Assembly (NCBI RefSeq): GCF_037042905.1
Contig: NC_087258.1
Location: 682,001-746,000, forward strand
Length of the DNA: 64,000 bases
Direction: 5' to 3'
From: Lytechinus pictus
Taxonomy: Eukaryota
The stretch's first letter is position 1; every line of letters begins with the position of its first letter. Below the pieces are notes generated by a model. That model had not been told where the DNA came from, searched no databases, and was given only the letters and a program-made list of their open reading frames with translations. Below are positions 52,301 through 62,752 of this stretch, one piece after another. Both the position numbers and the translations under genes were made by a program.

Positions 52301-55300
52301 TATCATAATGCAATACAATTATGTGAACTACCAGGTGTAAACGAGTAGATTTTGTAGTGTAGTGTTCCATGTTTTCCCTATGACAACAGTGGCATTTAAG
52401 ATCAATATTCAAGGTCTAGTCGTAGAAGGAACTATTTATATATCAACGATTGTTTTGTCTGCACAGTGGTAGGCGCTGTATTGTGACAAAAAATATTTAT
52501 CAGACACATTATGTAAAAGAAAGGATAAAGATTTGGAAATTGTAAACAGGGATTTGTAATGCGTTAAATCGAAATTTTATATTTCCCTCCATCTTTAGTG
52601 TATATATCCTTCAAAATCTATACATGCGTATCCATTTTTGAGATATAGATCTAAATGTACACTACGAACAATGCAGAATGATTATCACTACCACTAATTT
52701 TAAAAATGGATATGTCACATTAATATATTTTTTTTTATATCACCTTTATTCAAAACAAATTAAAGGGAAGCTACAAACAATAAAAACAAATACAGGTTAC
52801 TCGTTTTATTAGGACGAAGTACAGGACTAATAAAAAAATTACAGATACACAATCAAATTTACATAAAACGATGTAAATTGAGCAAAAAGTTAATATAAAA
52901 GGTAAATCCGAAAATGTACAAATTAAAGGAAATTCAACTGCATGCAATTGTGTCAGGTTTTAGTTTGAATTTGGTGGCCACAGATCCTACGTATATTTTA
53001 AAATGAAAATCTCATTATTGCAAGAAGTACTGAAATNNNNNNNNNNNNNNNNNNNNNNNNNNNNNNNNNNNNNNNNNNNNNNNNNNNNNNNNNNNNNNNN
53101 NNNNNNNNNNNNNNNNNNNNNNNNNNNNNNNNNNNNNNNNNNNNNNNNNNNNNNNNNNNNNNNNNNNNNNNNNNNNNNNNNNNNNNNNNNNNNNNNNNNN
53201 NNNNNNNNNNNNNNNNNNNNNNNNNNNNNNNNNNNNNNNNNNNNNNNNNNNNNNNNNNNTGGCTAAGATCTGGCTCCCAAGTTCCATTATTACATGTTGA
53301 TGAATCTGGTCCTGCCAGAGGCTCCGAGTAGTCATTGGCACATTGAAAAGTTACAACAGTGTGATGTGCATAGGGTGCCGTATCTCCCCCGACGACACCA
53401 AGTGATTCCTGTCCCGTTATAGGTGACTCGCAGTCAACTGATCAAAATAATCAATTATCAATATTTATGTCAGTGTTCAATCATTGCTAGCTATTTTTAT
53501 CATTTAAAAGCTGTTATTCAAGTCCGACTATTGCTATTTTTTCTTCACTTATTGATTTATTCAAATCCATTAAAATACATTGAGCAAATAAAAACGATAA
53601 CCCCCCCCCCCCAAAAAAAAAAAAAAAAAAAAAAAAAAATGGGATCAGTGTAGGATTACACAGTGCAGTAAGATTACAGGTGTTCTCGAGACTCTGCTGC
53701 AGGAATTGTTGCGGTTTTCTTAAGTAGAAATTTTCTAACAGTGTATAGATACAAGTAAGATAAGAAAGTTAAGATTGTTTACATAATCCTTCTTATTATA
53801 ATTAAGATTATTATAAATGGGGCCTATGATTATTATTATTGTTATCATTATTATGACTATCATTATTGATATTATCATTAATATTATTATCAAACTTACG
53901 ATCACAAGTGATATCTTCTAACGGGTTAGTTAATGATCCTCCAACACATAGAGTGAAATCAGCTCCCGACAGGGCTCCCATGAGGCAAGAGATTGATATA
54001 AACTGACCCTCGTTATATGGACCATCAAGCACAGACAAGAATGGATCCAAATTACTCGGCTTCGTGCATTCTGTGGAAAGAAAATGGATATTAATGTTTA
54101 TCATTTCTACAATATAATGGAACCGATTTATTAAAGTGCAGTTCATCGTGTACTAAAGTATAAAAATGAAATTAGAAGAAATTTTAGTGTGCAATCATGG
54201 AGCTTAGGAGCTTAGTAGTTCCATGGTGCAATATTAACATAATGTATTAACATAATGTATTATTAACACAATACGAGATGCCTTGTTTTCCTTTCTTACC
54301 CTCTATTATTTGTTTCTATCTCATGTTATCTTTTTTTTTCTTTTTTTTTCTTTCTGTCTCCCCTGTCTCTTTCTATTTTCTTTCCCTCCCTTTCCTTCTT
54401 TCTCTCTATATATTGTCATGAATTATTTCTTATATCTGTATACATTAAGTTTTGTTTGCCCTGCCATTGGCATTTATATAGTTTCACATATTTCCTTCCC
54501 AGGGACCTGGGCTTTAATTCTATTCTTTCGAGTTAAATGTTTACCTATTATTTCCGTCTTTATTATCTATTATTATCTATCCTGATGTATTGTTAACGTT
54601 TTGTTATTTTGTTTTATAGTCAATGGCAAATAAAGATAATATATATATATGCATATATATATATATTCATAAAAGTAGCATGATAATTATGATTAAAATT
54701 AAGCACAGTATTATACAATTTGATGTAGAGTTGGTGAGGCCTAGGCTCTAACTTATATGTATTTATTATTATTTATTATATGTTATTAAACTTATCAAAT
54801 TGTTCCTTATCGTTTATTTATTTATTTATTTATTTATTTTTAAACAAGTTCACACCTAGTTACCAATAATGCATATAGCATTTCCATTAATTTGAAAGCA
54901 ACATAAAAGAGCATTGTAGATTAAATGCCTTGTTCACGGGCATAACTGCCGCGGACGGGGATCGAACCCCGGACCTTTTCATGTATAACCAGGCGCCTTA
55001 GACCACTCGGCCACGGCTTATCGTTTATTGCAAAATATCATGCCTATATGTGTTCTCTGAAATATTTGTATTGTGGGAGTAAATATGGTCACATGTATTC
55101 ATAACTTAGTTGGGTTTGGACTCTTTGAAATATATACGTATTTATGAATATTTGTTCATACTCAACAGTGATAATGCATACATGCAATAAAAGTCCTATC
55201 TCTATTAACAAATACCAAAACCAATGGAGTCATTATACTTGTATAGTAACTTGATCGTGTCTTAATTGCGGTAAATATTTTAAGATTGCTTGATTTATAA

Positions 55301-55684
55301 CTATTTCAATGCCCGAGCGCCCGATCAAGGTATTTGCAACAGTAATAAGCTCTACCTAAATGTCGCATATTAACATTATTATTTGCTATTATTATGATTG
55401 TCATTATCATAATTATTATCCTATTAGATATATCTATATCTGTTAGATGTAAATAGTATCAACATACATGTATTTGATTCAGTCTGTCAATCAACCATTC
55501 AATCGGTCGGTCAGTCTCGTATCAATCATGTGTTGGTCAACCTTAAATATGCCAATATGTCACAAAAACATACAAGTACAAAAAATAATCAGTTATCATT
55601 ATATATTTTTTTCTACTTACGTGATCTGCAAATGTCCAAAAGACCAGTTGTTACAATTAACAAAAAACACAGCAAGTTCCTCAT
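34296..55684 (-). CDS. Gene B (whole, ~20 exons, ~2,280 aa): type I membrane mucin, SP-6xCCP-mucin-SEA-mucin-2xEGF-SEA-EGF-TM-cytoplasmic tail
   Basis: Exons joined by hand with GT-AG sites and consistent phases from ACCATG at 55684 to TAA at 34296; one CCP exon runs into an N-gap. Confidence 0.85.
34671..34949 (-). CDS. Gene B cytoplasmic exon (NYYDAGMY...SPDLL)
   Basis: 279 nt, phase 0-0, GC-richer coding-like composition. Confidence 0.8.
35663..35859 (-). CDS. Gene B transmembrane exon (WEAIIIALSTCAVAALLSFFCCLAYML-RVQRRRYY...)
   Basis: ~24-residue hydrophobic helix followed by basic stop-transfer cluster; tacag/gtaagc; frame not in ORF track. Confidence 0.88.
36813..36848 (-). CDS. Gene B 36-nt stalk mini-exon (DTGTTEQPSSGL)
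   Basis: tacag/gtaaat flanks, phase 1-1, Ser/Thr-rich. Confidence 0.55.
   Translation of the reverse strand, partial: TLGLLNNRHPA
37422..37583 (-). CDS. Gene B juxtamembrane EGF-like exon (CTDTSCDENAVC...FVCECTDGF...C)
   Basis: 6 Cys, CxxNAxC and CxCxxGF motifs; cag/gtgagt. Confidence 0.9.
37956..38217 (-). CDS. Gene B SEA domain 2, C-terminal exon (IRELL...GFREGSIIADF...)
   Basis: GFREGSII motif; cag acceptor; donor chosen to keep phase 1 (gttcgt), slightly uncertain. Confidence 0.85.
38368..38716 (-). mobile_element. tRNA-derived SINE
   Basis: A box TGGTGTAGTGG, B box GTTCGAATCC, CCCAGGTGCTAAATGGGTACC core, AAGCGCTATATAAA plus (TAT)n tail. Confidence 0.85.
39214..39341 (-). CDS. Gene B SEA domain 2, N-terminal exon (…EVNGTKANLTDDLTDPSSEAYQTLA…)
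   Basis: Clear paralog of 44768-44898; phase 1-0; not in ORF track. Confidence 0.88.
39491..39592 (-). CDS. Gene B EGF-like exon 2 (DECNNTCDFDTELCEGSECACRPGRRRDPAGNCE)
   Basis: 6 Cys EGF spacing, tag/gtaagt, phase 1-1; not in ORF track. Confidence 0.85.
40983..41090 (-). CDS. Gene B EGF-like exon 1 (EPCGNNTCGAQEFCSSIGSVCECLPGILRQDNGQCS)
   Basis: 6 Cys with CxC-xxG, tag/gtaagt, phase 1-1; not in ORF track. Confidence 0.85.
41302..42522 (-). CDS. Gene B second mucin (Thr/Ser-rich) exon, 407 codons
   Basis: ORF 41294-42493 extended to cag acceptor; phase 1-1. Confidence 0.9.
43504..43744 (-). CDS. Gene B SEA domain 1, C-terminal exon (IRDLL...GFSAGSIVVDF...)
   Basis: F..GSIVV motif typical of SEA; tag/gtgagt; phase 0-1. 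Confidence 0.88.
44768..44898 (-). CDS. Gene B SEA domain 1, N-terminal exon
   Basis: FTEDLHDPNNEAYRNLA matches SEA N-terminal consensus (F...L.DP.S..Y..L); gtaagt donor, phase 0. Confidence 0.88.
45576..48422 (-). CDS. Gene B mucin (Thr/Glu/Asp-rich) exon, 949 codons
   Basis: Long ORF 45505-48354 extended to tag acceptor at 48423; phase 1-1; contains 14-aa and 40-aa repeats. Confidence 0.9.
48742..48894 (-). CDS. Gene B CCP exon 6 (FCLSPSNA...GQWNQNLECP)
   Basis: YAPGDSVEFTC and GQW motifs, gtgag donor; acceptor slightly uncertain. Confidence 0.85.
49018..49318. mobile_element. MITE-like repeat ending TTTTCTAACGGTGTA; partial second copy at 53668-53745
   Basis: gtaagattacaggtgttctcgagactctgctgcaggaa occurs in both places. 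Confidence 0.55.
49605..49784 (-). CDS. Gene B CCP exon 5 (DCYDPALN...CNNGTWDPSPSSTSCD)
   Basis: Canonical Sushi pattern C-C(ADGY)-CxxGxW-C, 180 nt, phase 1-1. Confidence 0.9.
50130..50318 (-). CDS. Gene B CCP-like exon 4 (ACSRPDDIDTNI...SAITCN)
   Basis: 189 nt open frame, 4 Cys, paralogous to 53900-54070, cag/gtaagt; not in ORF track. Confidence 0.85.
51040..51189 (-). CDS. Gene B short CCP-like exon 3 (APCLAPTG...TTFRCP)
   Basis: 4 Cys, HG and CNDG motifs, 150 nt, phase 1-1. Confidence 0.8.
53260..53437 (-). CDS. Gene B CCP exon 2 (DCESPITGQ...CNNGTWEPDLS), 3' end lost in assembly gap
   Basis: C..C..CxxGxW Sushi motif; cag acceptor; truncated by N-run. Confidence 0.85.
53900..54070 (-). 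CDS. Gene B CCP/Sushi-like exon 1 (CTKPSNLDPF...EDITCD)
   Basis: 4 Cys in Sushi spacing, 171 nt, phase 1-1, cag/gtaag. Confidence 0.85.
54819..55017 (-). mobile_element. tRNA-derived SINE with target-site duplication
   Basis: A box TGGCCGAGTGG, B box GGTTCGATCCC, (AAAT)n tail, ttatcgtttatt on both flanks. Confidence 0.85.
55621..55684 (-). CDS. Gene B exon 1, signal peptide MRNLLCFLLIVTTGLLDICRS
   Basis: Kozak-like ACCATGA, hydrophobic core, GTAAGT donor, phase 1; not in ORF track. Confidence 0.75.
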
Positions 55685-57321
55685 GGTTGATGAGATACGG
55701 CAAAAATAATATTAGATCTCCTGGTATTGTTTCCAAACTTCTTTCATTAGTTGCACTTTCTTATTAAATCGCCGAAAGTCAGTTTCGCTGTTCGTATAAG
55801 ATAAAACTGTTTTTAAAATATATTTGTATAATAATACCGGATATATTTTTAGGGATCACGCGTTCTTTGTTACGGTGGCAATGTTAGAATTAAATATCGG
55901 CATCCGTAAATTGCATGAAACGTTATTTTTTGATGGCCAGTTTTAAATTAAATTCTTCATCATGATTCTTCCCCCAAGGAATATCAAATTAGGAGACTGT
56001 CTAAAACCTACGTCAATCTAGCTTTCAGTGCAAAAACGACCAAACTCTTGTGGTCGGATAGCAATGCGTATCCCCAATTCTGCATTTCATTTCCAAACAC
56101 AAGCGCTATGGTATACTTTGGGTAAATTTGATTTAAAATGATTGGCAAACAAGCAAAGTCTACATAATGAAAGCTTTTTTCTGATGACAGTAAATAGGCG
56201 TTGCTCTGAATCCCATTCGAGCGAAAAATTAAAGTTCAGATGGTATTTATTTCCTCTCCAAACGTGGCCGATAATAGTGGTTTATAGTGACCTGTTTAAT
56301 ACCCCCTCCCATTCTCTCTGGACCAACGTCGTATATGTTGGTAAATGATGATAAATTATGGTGATTGATCAATCAATAGTTTACTATAGATCCTAAAAGT
56401 CTGTATTGCAGTTTTCGTTTATCAATGGCGTCGCCTTTGAATATTCCAACTAATATTGTCAGACAAAATAACACAGTGTCCCATTATAGACTGNNNNNNN
56501 NNNNNNNNNNNNNNNNNNNNNNNNNNNNNNNNNNNNNNNNNNNNNNNNNNNNNNNNNNNNNNNNNNNNNNNNNNNNNNNNNNNNNNNNNNNNNNNNNNNN
56601 NNNNNNNNNNNNNNNNNNNNNNNNNNNNNNNNNNNNNNNNNNNNNNNNNNNNNNNNNNNNNNNNNNNNNNNNNNNNTTTATCAATATACGACTACTCGGA
56701 TAATAATTATATCATGCTCAATTCAGAAACCTAATAAAAACGTTTTTTTCTTCTCACAAATGCATTTCCACTCAGTTACCATGAAGTTTGTATGAAAATG
56801 CTTTCGTGCGCGATATTGTTGAGTTATACCTTATAATACATGCTCAATGTCGCCTTTGAATATTCCAACTAATATTGTCAGACAAAATAACACAGTGTCC
56901 CATTATAGACNNNNNNNNNNNNNNNNNNNNNNNNNNNNNNNNNNNNNNNNNNNNNNNNNNNNNNNNNNNNNNNNNNNNNNNNNNNNNNNNNNNNNNNNNN
57001 NNNNNNNNNNNNNNNNNNNNNNNNNNNNNNNNNNNNNNNNNNNNNNNNNNNNNNNNNNNNNNNNNNNNNNNNNNNNNNNNNNNNNNNNNNNNNNNNNNNN
57101 NNNNNNNNNNNNNNNNNNNNNNNNNNNNNNNNNNNNNNNNNNNNNNNNNNNNNNNNNNNNNNNNNNNNNNNNNNNNNNNNNNNNNNNNNNNNNNNNNNNN
57201 NNNNNNNNNNNNNNNNNNNNNNNNNNNNNNNNNNNNNNNNNNNNNNNNNNNNNNNNNNNNNNNNNNNNNNNNNNNNNNNNNNNNNNNNNNNNNNNNNNNN
57301 NNNNNNNNNNNNNNNNNNNNN

Positions 57322-57357
57322 GTAATACTACTACTACTTCTCCTCCTCTTCGTCCTT

Positions 57358-57393
<36 letters not shown>

Positions 57394-57480
57394 TTACTAC
57401 TACTACTACTACTACTACTATTACTACTACTTCTATTACTACTAGTAATACTACTACTACTTCTCCTCCTCTTCGTCCTT

Positions 57481-57516
<36 letters not shown>

Positions 57517-57576
57517 TTACTACTACTTCTATTACTACTAGTAATACTACTACTACTTCTCCTCCTCTTCGTCCTT

Positions 57577-57607
<31 letters not shown>

Positions 57608-57690
57608 CACTACTACGACTACTACTACAACAACGACTACTACATATACTGTACTACTACTTGTACGACTACTCCTTCAACTACTAACTG
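57322..57690. repeat. (CTA)n compound microsatellite with higher-order unit
   Basis: gtaatactactactacttctcctcctcttcgtccttct + (act)n repeated three times. Confidence 0.9.
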
Positions 57691-58599
57691 TTGATACTAC
57701 TATTGCTGGTAGTGGTGCTGCTGCTACTGCTGCAACTACTTCAACTACTGCTACTACCATTCCCACTTCTGTCCCTTTTATTTCTACTGCAGCTGTTGCA
57801 AGTACTGAATGATACTTTCCCTCTTGCTACATCTACTAATTTAACTAGTTTGAATTCACTGCTTCACGTATTCTTTAAGGATAACGATGATAACCAATGT
57901 TACTTTTGCCGAAATTATTTAAACTAAATATTTGATGAGTGCTGCAGAGCTTAAAATAGATTCATACATTCATGATACATGGAATTGGGTATCAGACACA
58001 ATGTTTAACTTTGAGCAATCAATACTCAAGATGCGATTCTTTTGAGTCACCGTCTCTTAAAAGCAAGCCGCTGTCTAAAATAGATGGACTCACTGCAAAG
58101 TTATGAAAACTTTGGATAGGGCAAACAGTAGTCCGTGACTTCAAACGACGTTCGATAATGCTTCATGATCTAAACTAATAATCTTTACCTCATCAATCAA
58201 TAAACATTCTAAATTATGTGATTTATGGTCTATTTGGTTTTGTTCGTTATTTGATCTTTCACTTTCTACTAAATTAATAAAAAGAAGCAGAAATCCAGAA
58301 TCATTGGTTTCAAAGAAATAAATAGCAAATCAGTGTTTCATTTGTGTATATTTGAGTCTTCATTTTTAATATATGTGATCATTGCTTACAATAACATTGT
58401 GCAATAAGAATAAAAATATAAAAACTTAAAAGAAATTTGTAAAAGACTTAACACATAAAAATGCTTTAAAAATGTCGACTCCTCGGACTTTAGGAGTGCT
58501 TCATAAAGAGTTTTGTCAGTGAGTTTCATTGACTGATCGGCTGTCAGCCAACGAGATAAGATGATTTCAAATAACCTATAACGTACTATTTTAGTGGTT

Positions 58600-58800
58600 A
58601 CACTTCGTAATTCCGAAGGTTCTTTATTCCGAAGGTTCGTAATTCCGAAACACGCAAATTGCCTATAACTCGATGTTCGTTAATCCGAGCATTTGTGGCG
58701 TTATTCCGAAGGTTTGTTATTCCGAAGGTTCGATAATCCGAAAACGAAATAAGGTTTGATGTTCCGAAGGTTCGTTAATCCGATAACGAAATAAGGTTTT
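58600..58800. repeat. Short tandem TTCCGAAGGTTCGTAA-type repeat array
   Basis: About ten degenerate TCCGA(A/G) units. Confidence 0.7.
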
Positions 58801-59732
58801 TCTATATTAAACATGCCAGCAATTGCGTTTGCTAGAATTAGTACAATTTCCTGTTCGTAAAGCAATTGGCACGATTTAGGATTGCACAATATTGAAAGGG
58901 GACACAGAAAATTATGATGACAAGCCCCCAAGACGGCTATCATTAAAAAAATACTCACAATTTTATCATCTTTGGAGCACAAGAGCGGCACTTTGTGTCA
59001 TAAAGTAATGTTATTGAAATGCTGTGAACAATCGGAATACTACAGTTTCATTCATTTTCATTGCTTCCTAATTAGTCATTTTACTTTATAAATACTCAAA
59101 TAATGTTTCATTACGCTTCTTAACGTCCTATGTGGGATTGCATGCGTTTGTTTGCAAACCTACATAATATTTCATATTGTAAATCGACATGTAGTGAAGC
59201 CTTGGAATAACAGCCTTTGAATAAACAGCCGACTCCAAAAAAATATTCATAAGAAGTTTGTGAAAAAGTAATTATTGTACTGCATGGTATAAAAATTTGC
59301 CCTACACACACCGAGCTACACCCGATTAGCAAATAATATGTTTGTGCCGGTCATTCAGAAACGGGTAAGCTTTCGTCAATAATAATTGCTTGACTGCAAA
59401 GAAAAAAGGTATTTACATTAATAGATGACAAAACGACCTCTTTTAAGAAGGGAGGAGGCATGCTATTTTTTTCATAGGGTCATTTTACATACTTTACGTA
59501 GCCTAAAATGTTCGTTAAATAACCTGAATACTTTATAGGAATAGAAAAGGGGTGATAACAATGTGTTATTAGAGGAGATGATGGTGGAAAATAGAAAGAT
59601 AAGGGGATTCATTGAAAACAGAACGTTCTGAAAATAAGTGACTTTTGACACATGAATTGGGAGTAAAGTTGGAGACAAAATTAACACTTCTGAAAAAAAA
59701 TATGAATGAACTCTTCCAAAGTTGACGTATTT

Positions 59733-60318
59733 TTAAAGAACAAGTCCACCCCAACAAAAAGTTGGTTTCAATAAAAAGAGATAAATCCAACCAGCATAAC
59801 ACTGAAAATTTCATCAAAATCGAATGTAACATAAGAAAGTTATGACATTTTAAAGTTTTGCTTAATTTCACAAAACAGTTATATGCACATCCTGGTCGGT
59901 ATGCAAATGAGGAGACTGATGACGTCATCCACTCACTATTTCACTTGTATTTTATAATATGATATATGAAATATTCTAATTTTCTCCTCAAGTGAAACAA
60001 TGATTATTTCCTCCCTGAACATGTGGAATTAGCATTGTTTAATACTATATGGTTCAGTCAAGTTTGTCCTTATTGTCATATCTGTAAAAAATGAAATATT
60101 GTATAATTCAAACAATAAAAACAAAAGAAAAAATAGTGAGTGATGGACATCATCACTGAGTTGTGCATATAACTGTTTTGTGAAAAATAGCGAAACTTTA
60201 AAATCCCATAGCTTTCTTATTTTACATCCGATTTTGATGAAATTTTCAGTGTCATGCTAGTTTGATTTTTCTCTATTTATTCAAATCAACATTTTTCTGG
60301 GGTGGACTTGACCTTTAA
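59733..60318. mobile_element. Kolobok-like TTAA MITE, full-length
   Basis: TTAA-AGAACAAGTCCACCCCA ... TGGGGTGGACTTGACCT-TTAA. Confidence 0.85.
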
Positions 60319-61385
60319 GTAGAACAATTTTCTTTCACTCGTGTTATTTTTCATGAAACGATACCGTAAATAGATTAAGAATGCCCCCTAAAATAAAAAA
60401 AATAAAATACTATAGATAAAATGAATAAAACAATCGCAATAAGAAAAAAACGTAGCAGATAGAACTTAATTATACAAATATCCTAGTCAGGAATCACAGG
60501 CGATTTATCTTTATTTAATTTCCCTTATTAATCTGGTAATTATCTCCGATACTAAGATAGTAAATACATTTCCTACTCCCATTTTGTGAAATGTATTTCG
60601 ACCCTTACGATAAAAAAATTGGAAATTAATGATGATAAAAATTCATAACCAAATTGAATTAGATTTTTCAATGACCTTCCTTATTCGTATGCATGTCAAC
60701 GATATTCGCTATTTCCGTTGCTTCCTCTGGATCCTTCTAAGCTTTTTGATATTTTGCAATGTGTAGCCTATATGCTGATCCTGAGGTCTATTTGATGTTC
60801 ATGCCCTTAATTTATCGGATTTTTGGTGAAACAACAAGGTAATATATACGAGTTGTAATTATATCCCAGTGTCAATAGCAAGAAAATATGGAAAAGTCTG
60901 ATCATCATGTTTCATGTGGGAAATTATCACTATCCAAAAAAAAATCAAAAACTCATAATAGTTCTCTATCCTAGAAAAGTGTTCCTGAAAATACAAACAA
61001 TTCAGAATCCTTTAATCTGTTTAAATTCAAACATAAATCATTTCTTCTATAAAAAAAACTTTCGTTCCAAGGATTTACTTACTTCAACTGATTGTTTTGT
61101 CTGTATGGTCTTATTTGGGGGTCAGTCTTTCTTACTAATACCGTGTTTACACGCTGCACTAGCCTCTTGTCGAGGCCCTGGCTGCTGCTGCCCGAGTAAA
61201 GCGAGGGATTTCCTAATTCGCGAAGCGAATTAGGCCTGGCGCGAGCCAGGGCATCTTGACATCTGTGCTGAATTATATATTTATGAGGAACGTCTTCCTA
61301 ATGAATATACATGAGTCATGATATTACCGGCGGTCACCTAGGCCTAGTAAACCAATGAAATGTCAAAGCTGTTTCGTCCGGGGTT

Positions 61386-62752
61386 CAGTGGCGTAGCTAG
61401 GATTTTGTTCCTGGGGGGCACTGGGGGGTCCTTGCTTTTTCAAGGGGGGGGGGGCACCATTTTTTCCGGTGTGTGTGTCACAAGGGCGGATCCGACTTTC
61501 GCCGATAGGGGACCGGGCCCGAAATTATCTTCACCTATATTTTCCCCGATCAGTCCCTTCTTAGTTTTATTCTAATAAAACAACATAAACATGAAATAAT
61601 CTCATAAGCCTTAAAAAAAGTACGAGCGCGAAGCCCGAGCGATTTTTTTTTTACTTTCATGTATTTTGTCCTGAAAATTTAATATTCTGGGCAATGTTAT
61701 GTGTGATCCTGAACAAGATTCGTATGTAACTAGATGGTTACTGCGAACGCCAAGCGCGAGCAGAAATTTTTATTAACTGTTCTAGCATTATCGAAAAGGG
61801 ACCTGTTAAGGACTGCTTACAGTTACCCACGAAGACGGTATATATTTTAGTAATGCGAGCGCAAAGCGCGATCAAATTTGTTTGACATTCCGACCTAAAA
61901 AATTGTCATTCTAAGCAATTTTTGTATCAATAAATGGGATATGTATGTAACTAAACAATTGATGCGAGCGCGAAGCGAGAGTGGAAGAAAATTTAGATTT
62001 TAGACCTAAAAGCGGGACACTCTATTCATATTTTGTAAATCATAAATAGGATATAGTTAATTGGGTATCATTAATAATGCGATCGTGAAGCGTGAGCAGA
62101 CAATTATTGATATTCTGATGTGAAACTGGATAATCTAAGTACATTTTAAATAAAGAACATGCAGGCTATCGCATATGTTTTAGATTTAGACCTGGGCATT
62201 CTGAATACATTTTGTTTAATGGAACATTATGGAATACACGTAGACAATATGAACTTGGCAAATCAAACAATGTGACCACGCAGCGTGAGCTTAAAATGCT
62301 GATATGTAGACCATAAAACGGACATTTTACAGAGCACTTAAATTTGTAAATGAAAAAAAAATAATGAAAGCTCGATGTCCGAGCTAAAATATGTTTTGTA
62401 TATTGACTTCAAAACTTGCTCCATATCAGCCTATTGAGCAAGATATGAATCTCATCGAACAGGCAATTCTGGCGCGAAGCGCAAGCAAAACTTTTATATA
62501 GTGACATGAAAGATTTTTTTTTTGCAAGTCTTTCCCTCACATTATTTTATTCACTCGTGTTCCTCCTCTTATTTTCCTCTTCTTTTTTTTCTTCTGTCTT
62601 TCTTCTTCTTTTCCTTTTTTCTTTTCTTCTTTCTCCTTTTTTTTTTCTTCTGCCATTTTTTTCAGGGGGGGGGGGGCACTTGGGGGGCTCATCAAATCTC
62701 AGGGGGGGGCACGTGCCCCCCAGGCCCCCCCCCCCCCGTAGCTACGCCACTG
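61386..62752. mobile_element. Non-autonomous hAT-type element
   Basis: TIR CAGTGGCGTAGCTA / TAGCTACGCCACTG; exact 8-bp TSD CCGGGGTT; internal GCGAGCGCGAAGCG repeats. Confidence 0.9.

Noticed and set aside
4630-55684. One giant gene covering all exons
   Set aside because: Separate TM exons, stop codons and signal-peptide first exons define three genes
34296-55684. Assigning a vertebrate symbol (MUC17, MUC16, SVEP1, CR1, CD46)
   Set aside because: Shared domain types only; architecture differs and orthology cannot be shown from sequence inspection
56847-57812. Poly-Thr / poly-Leu / poly-Val ORFs that look mucin-like
   Set aside because: Translations of a pure (CTA)n microsatellite and N-gap; no codon variation or splice context
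58600-58800. Short repeat array superficially CRISPR-like (also 28690-29170)
   Set aside because: Degenerate tandem units without unique spacers, no cas genes, eukaryotic context
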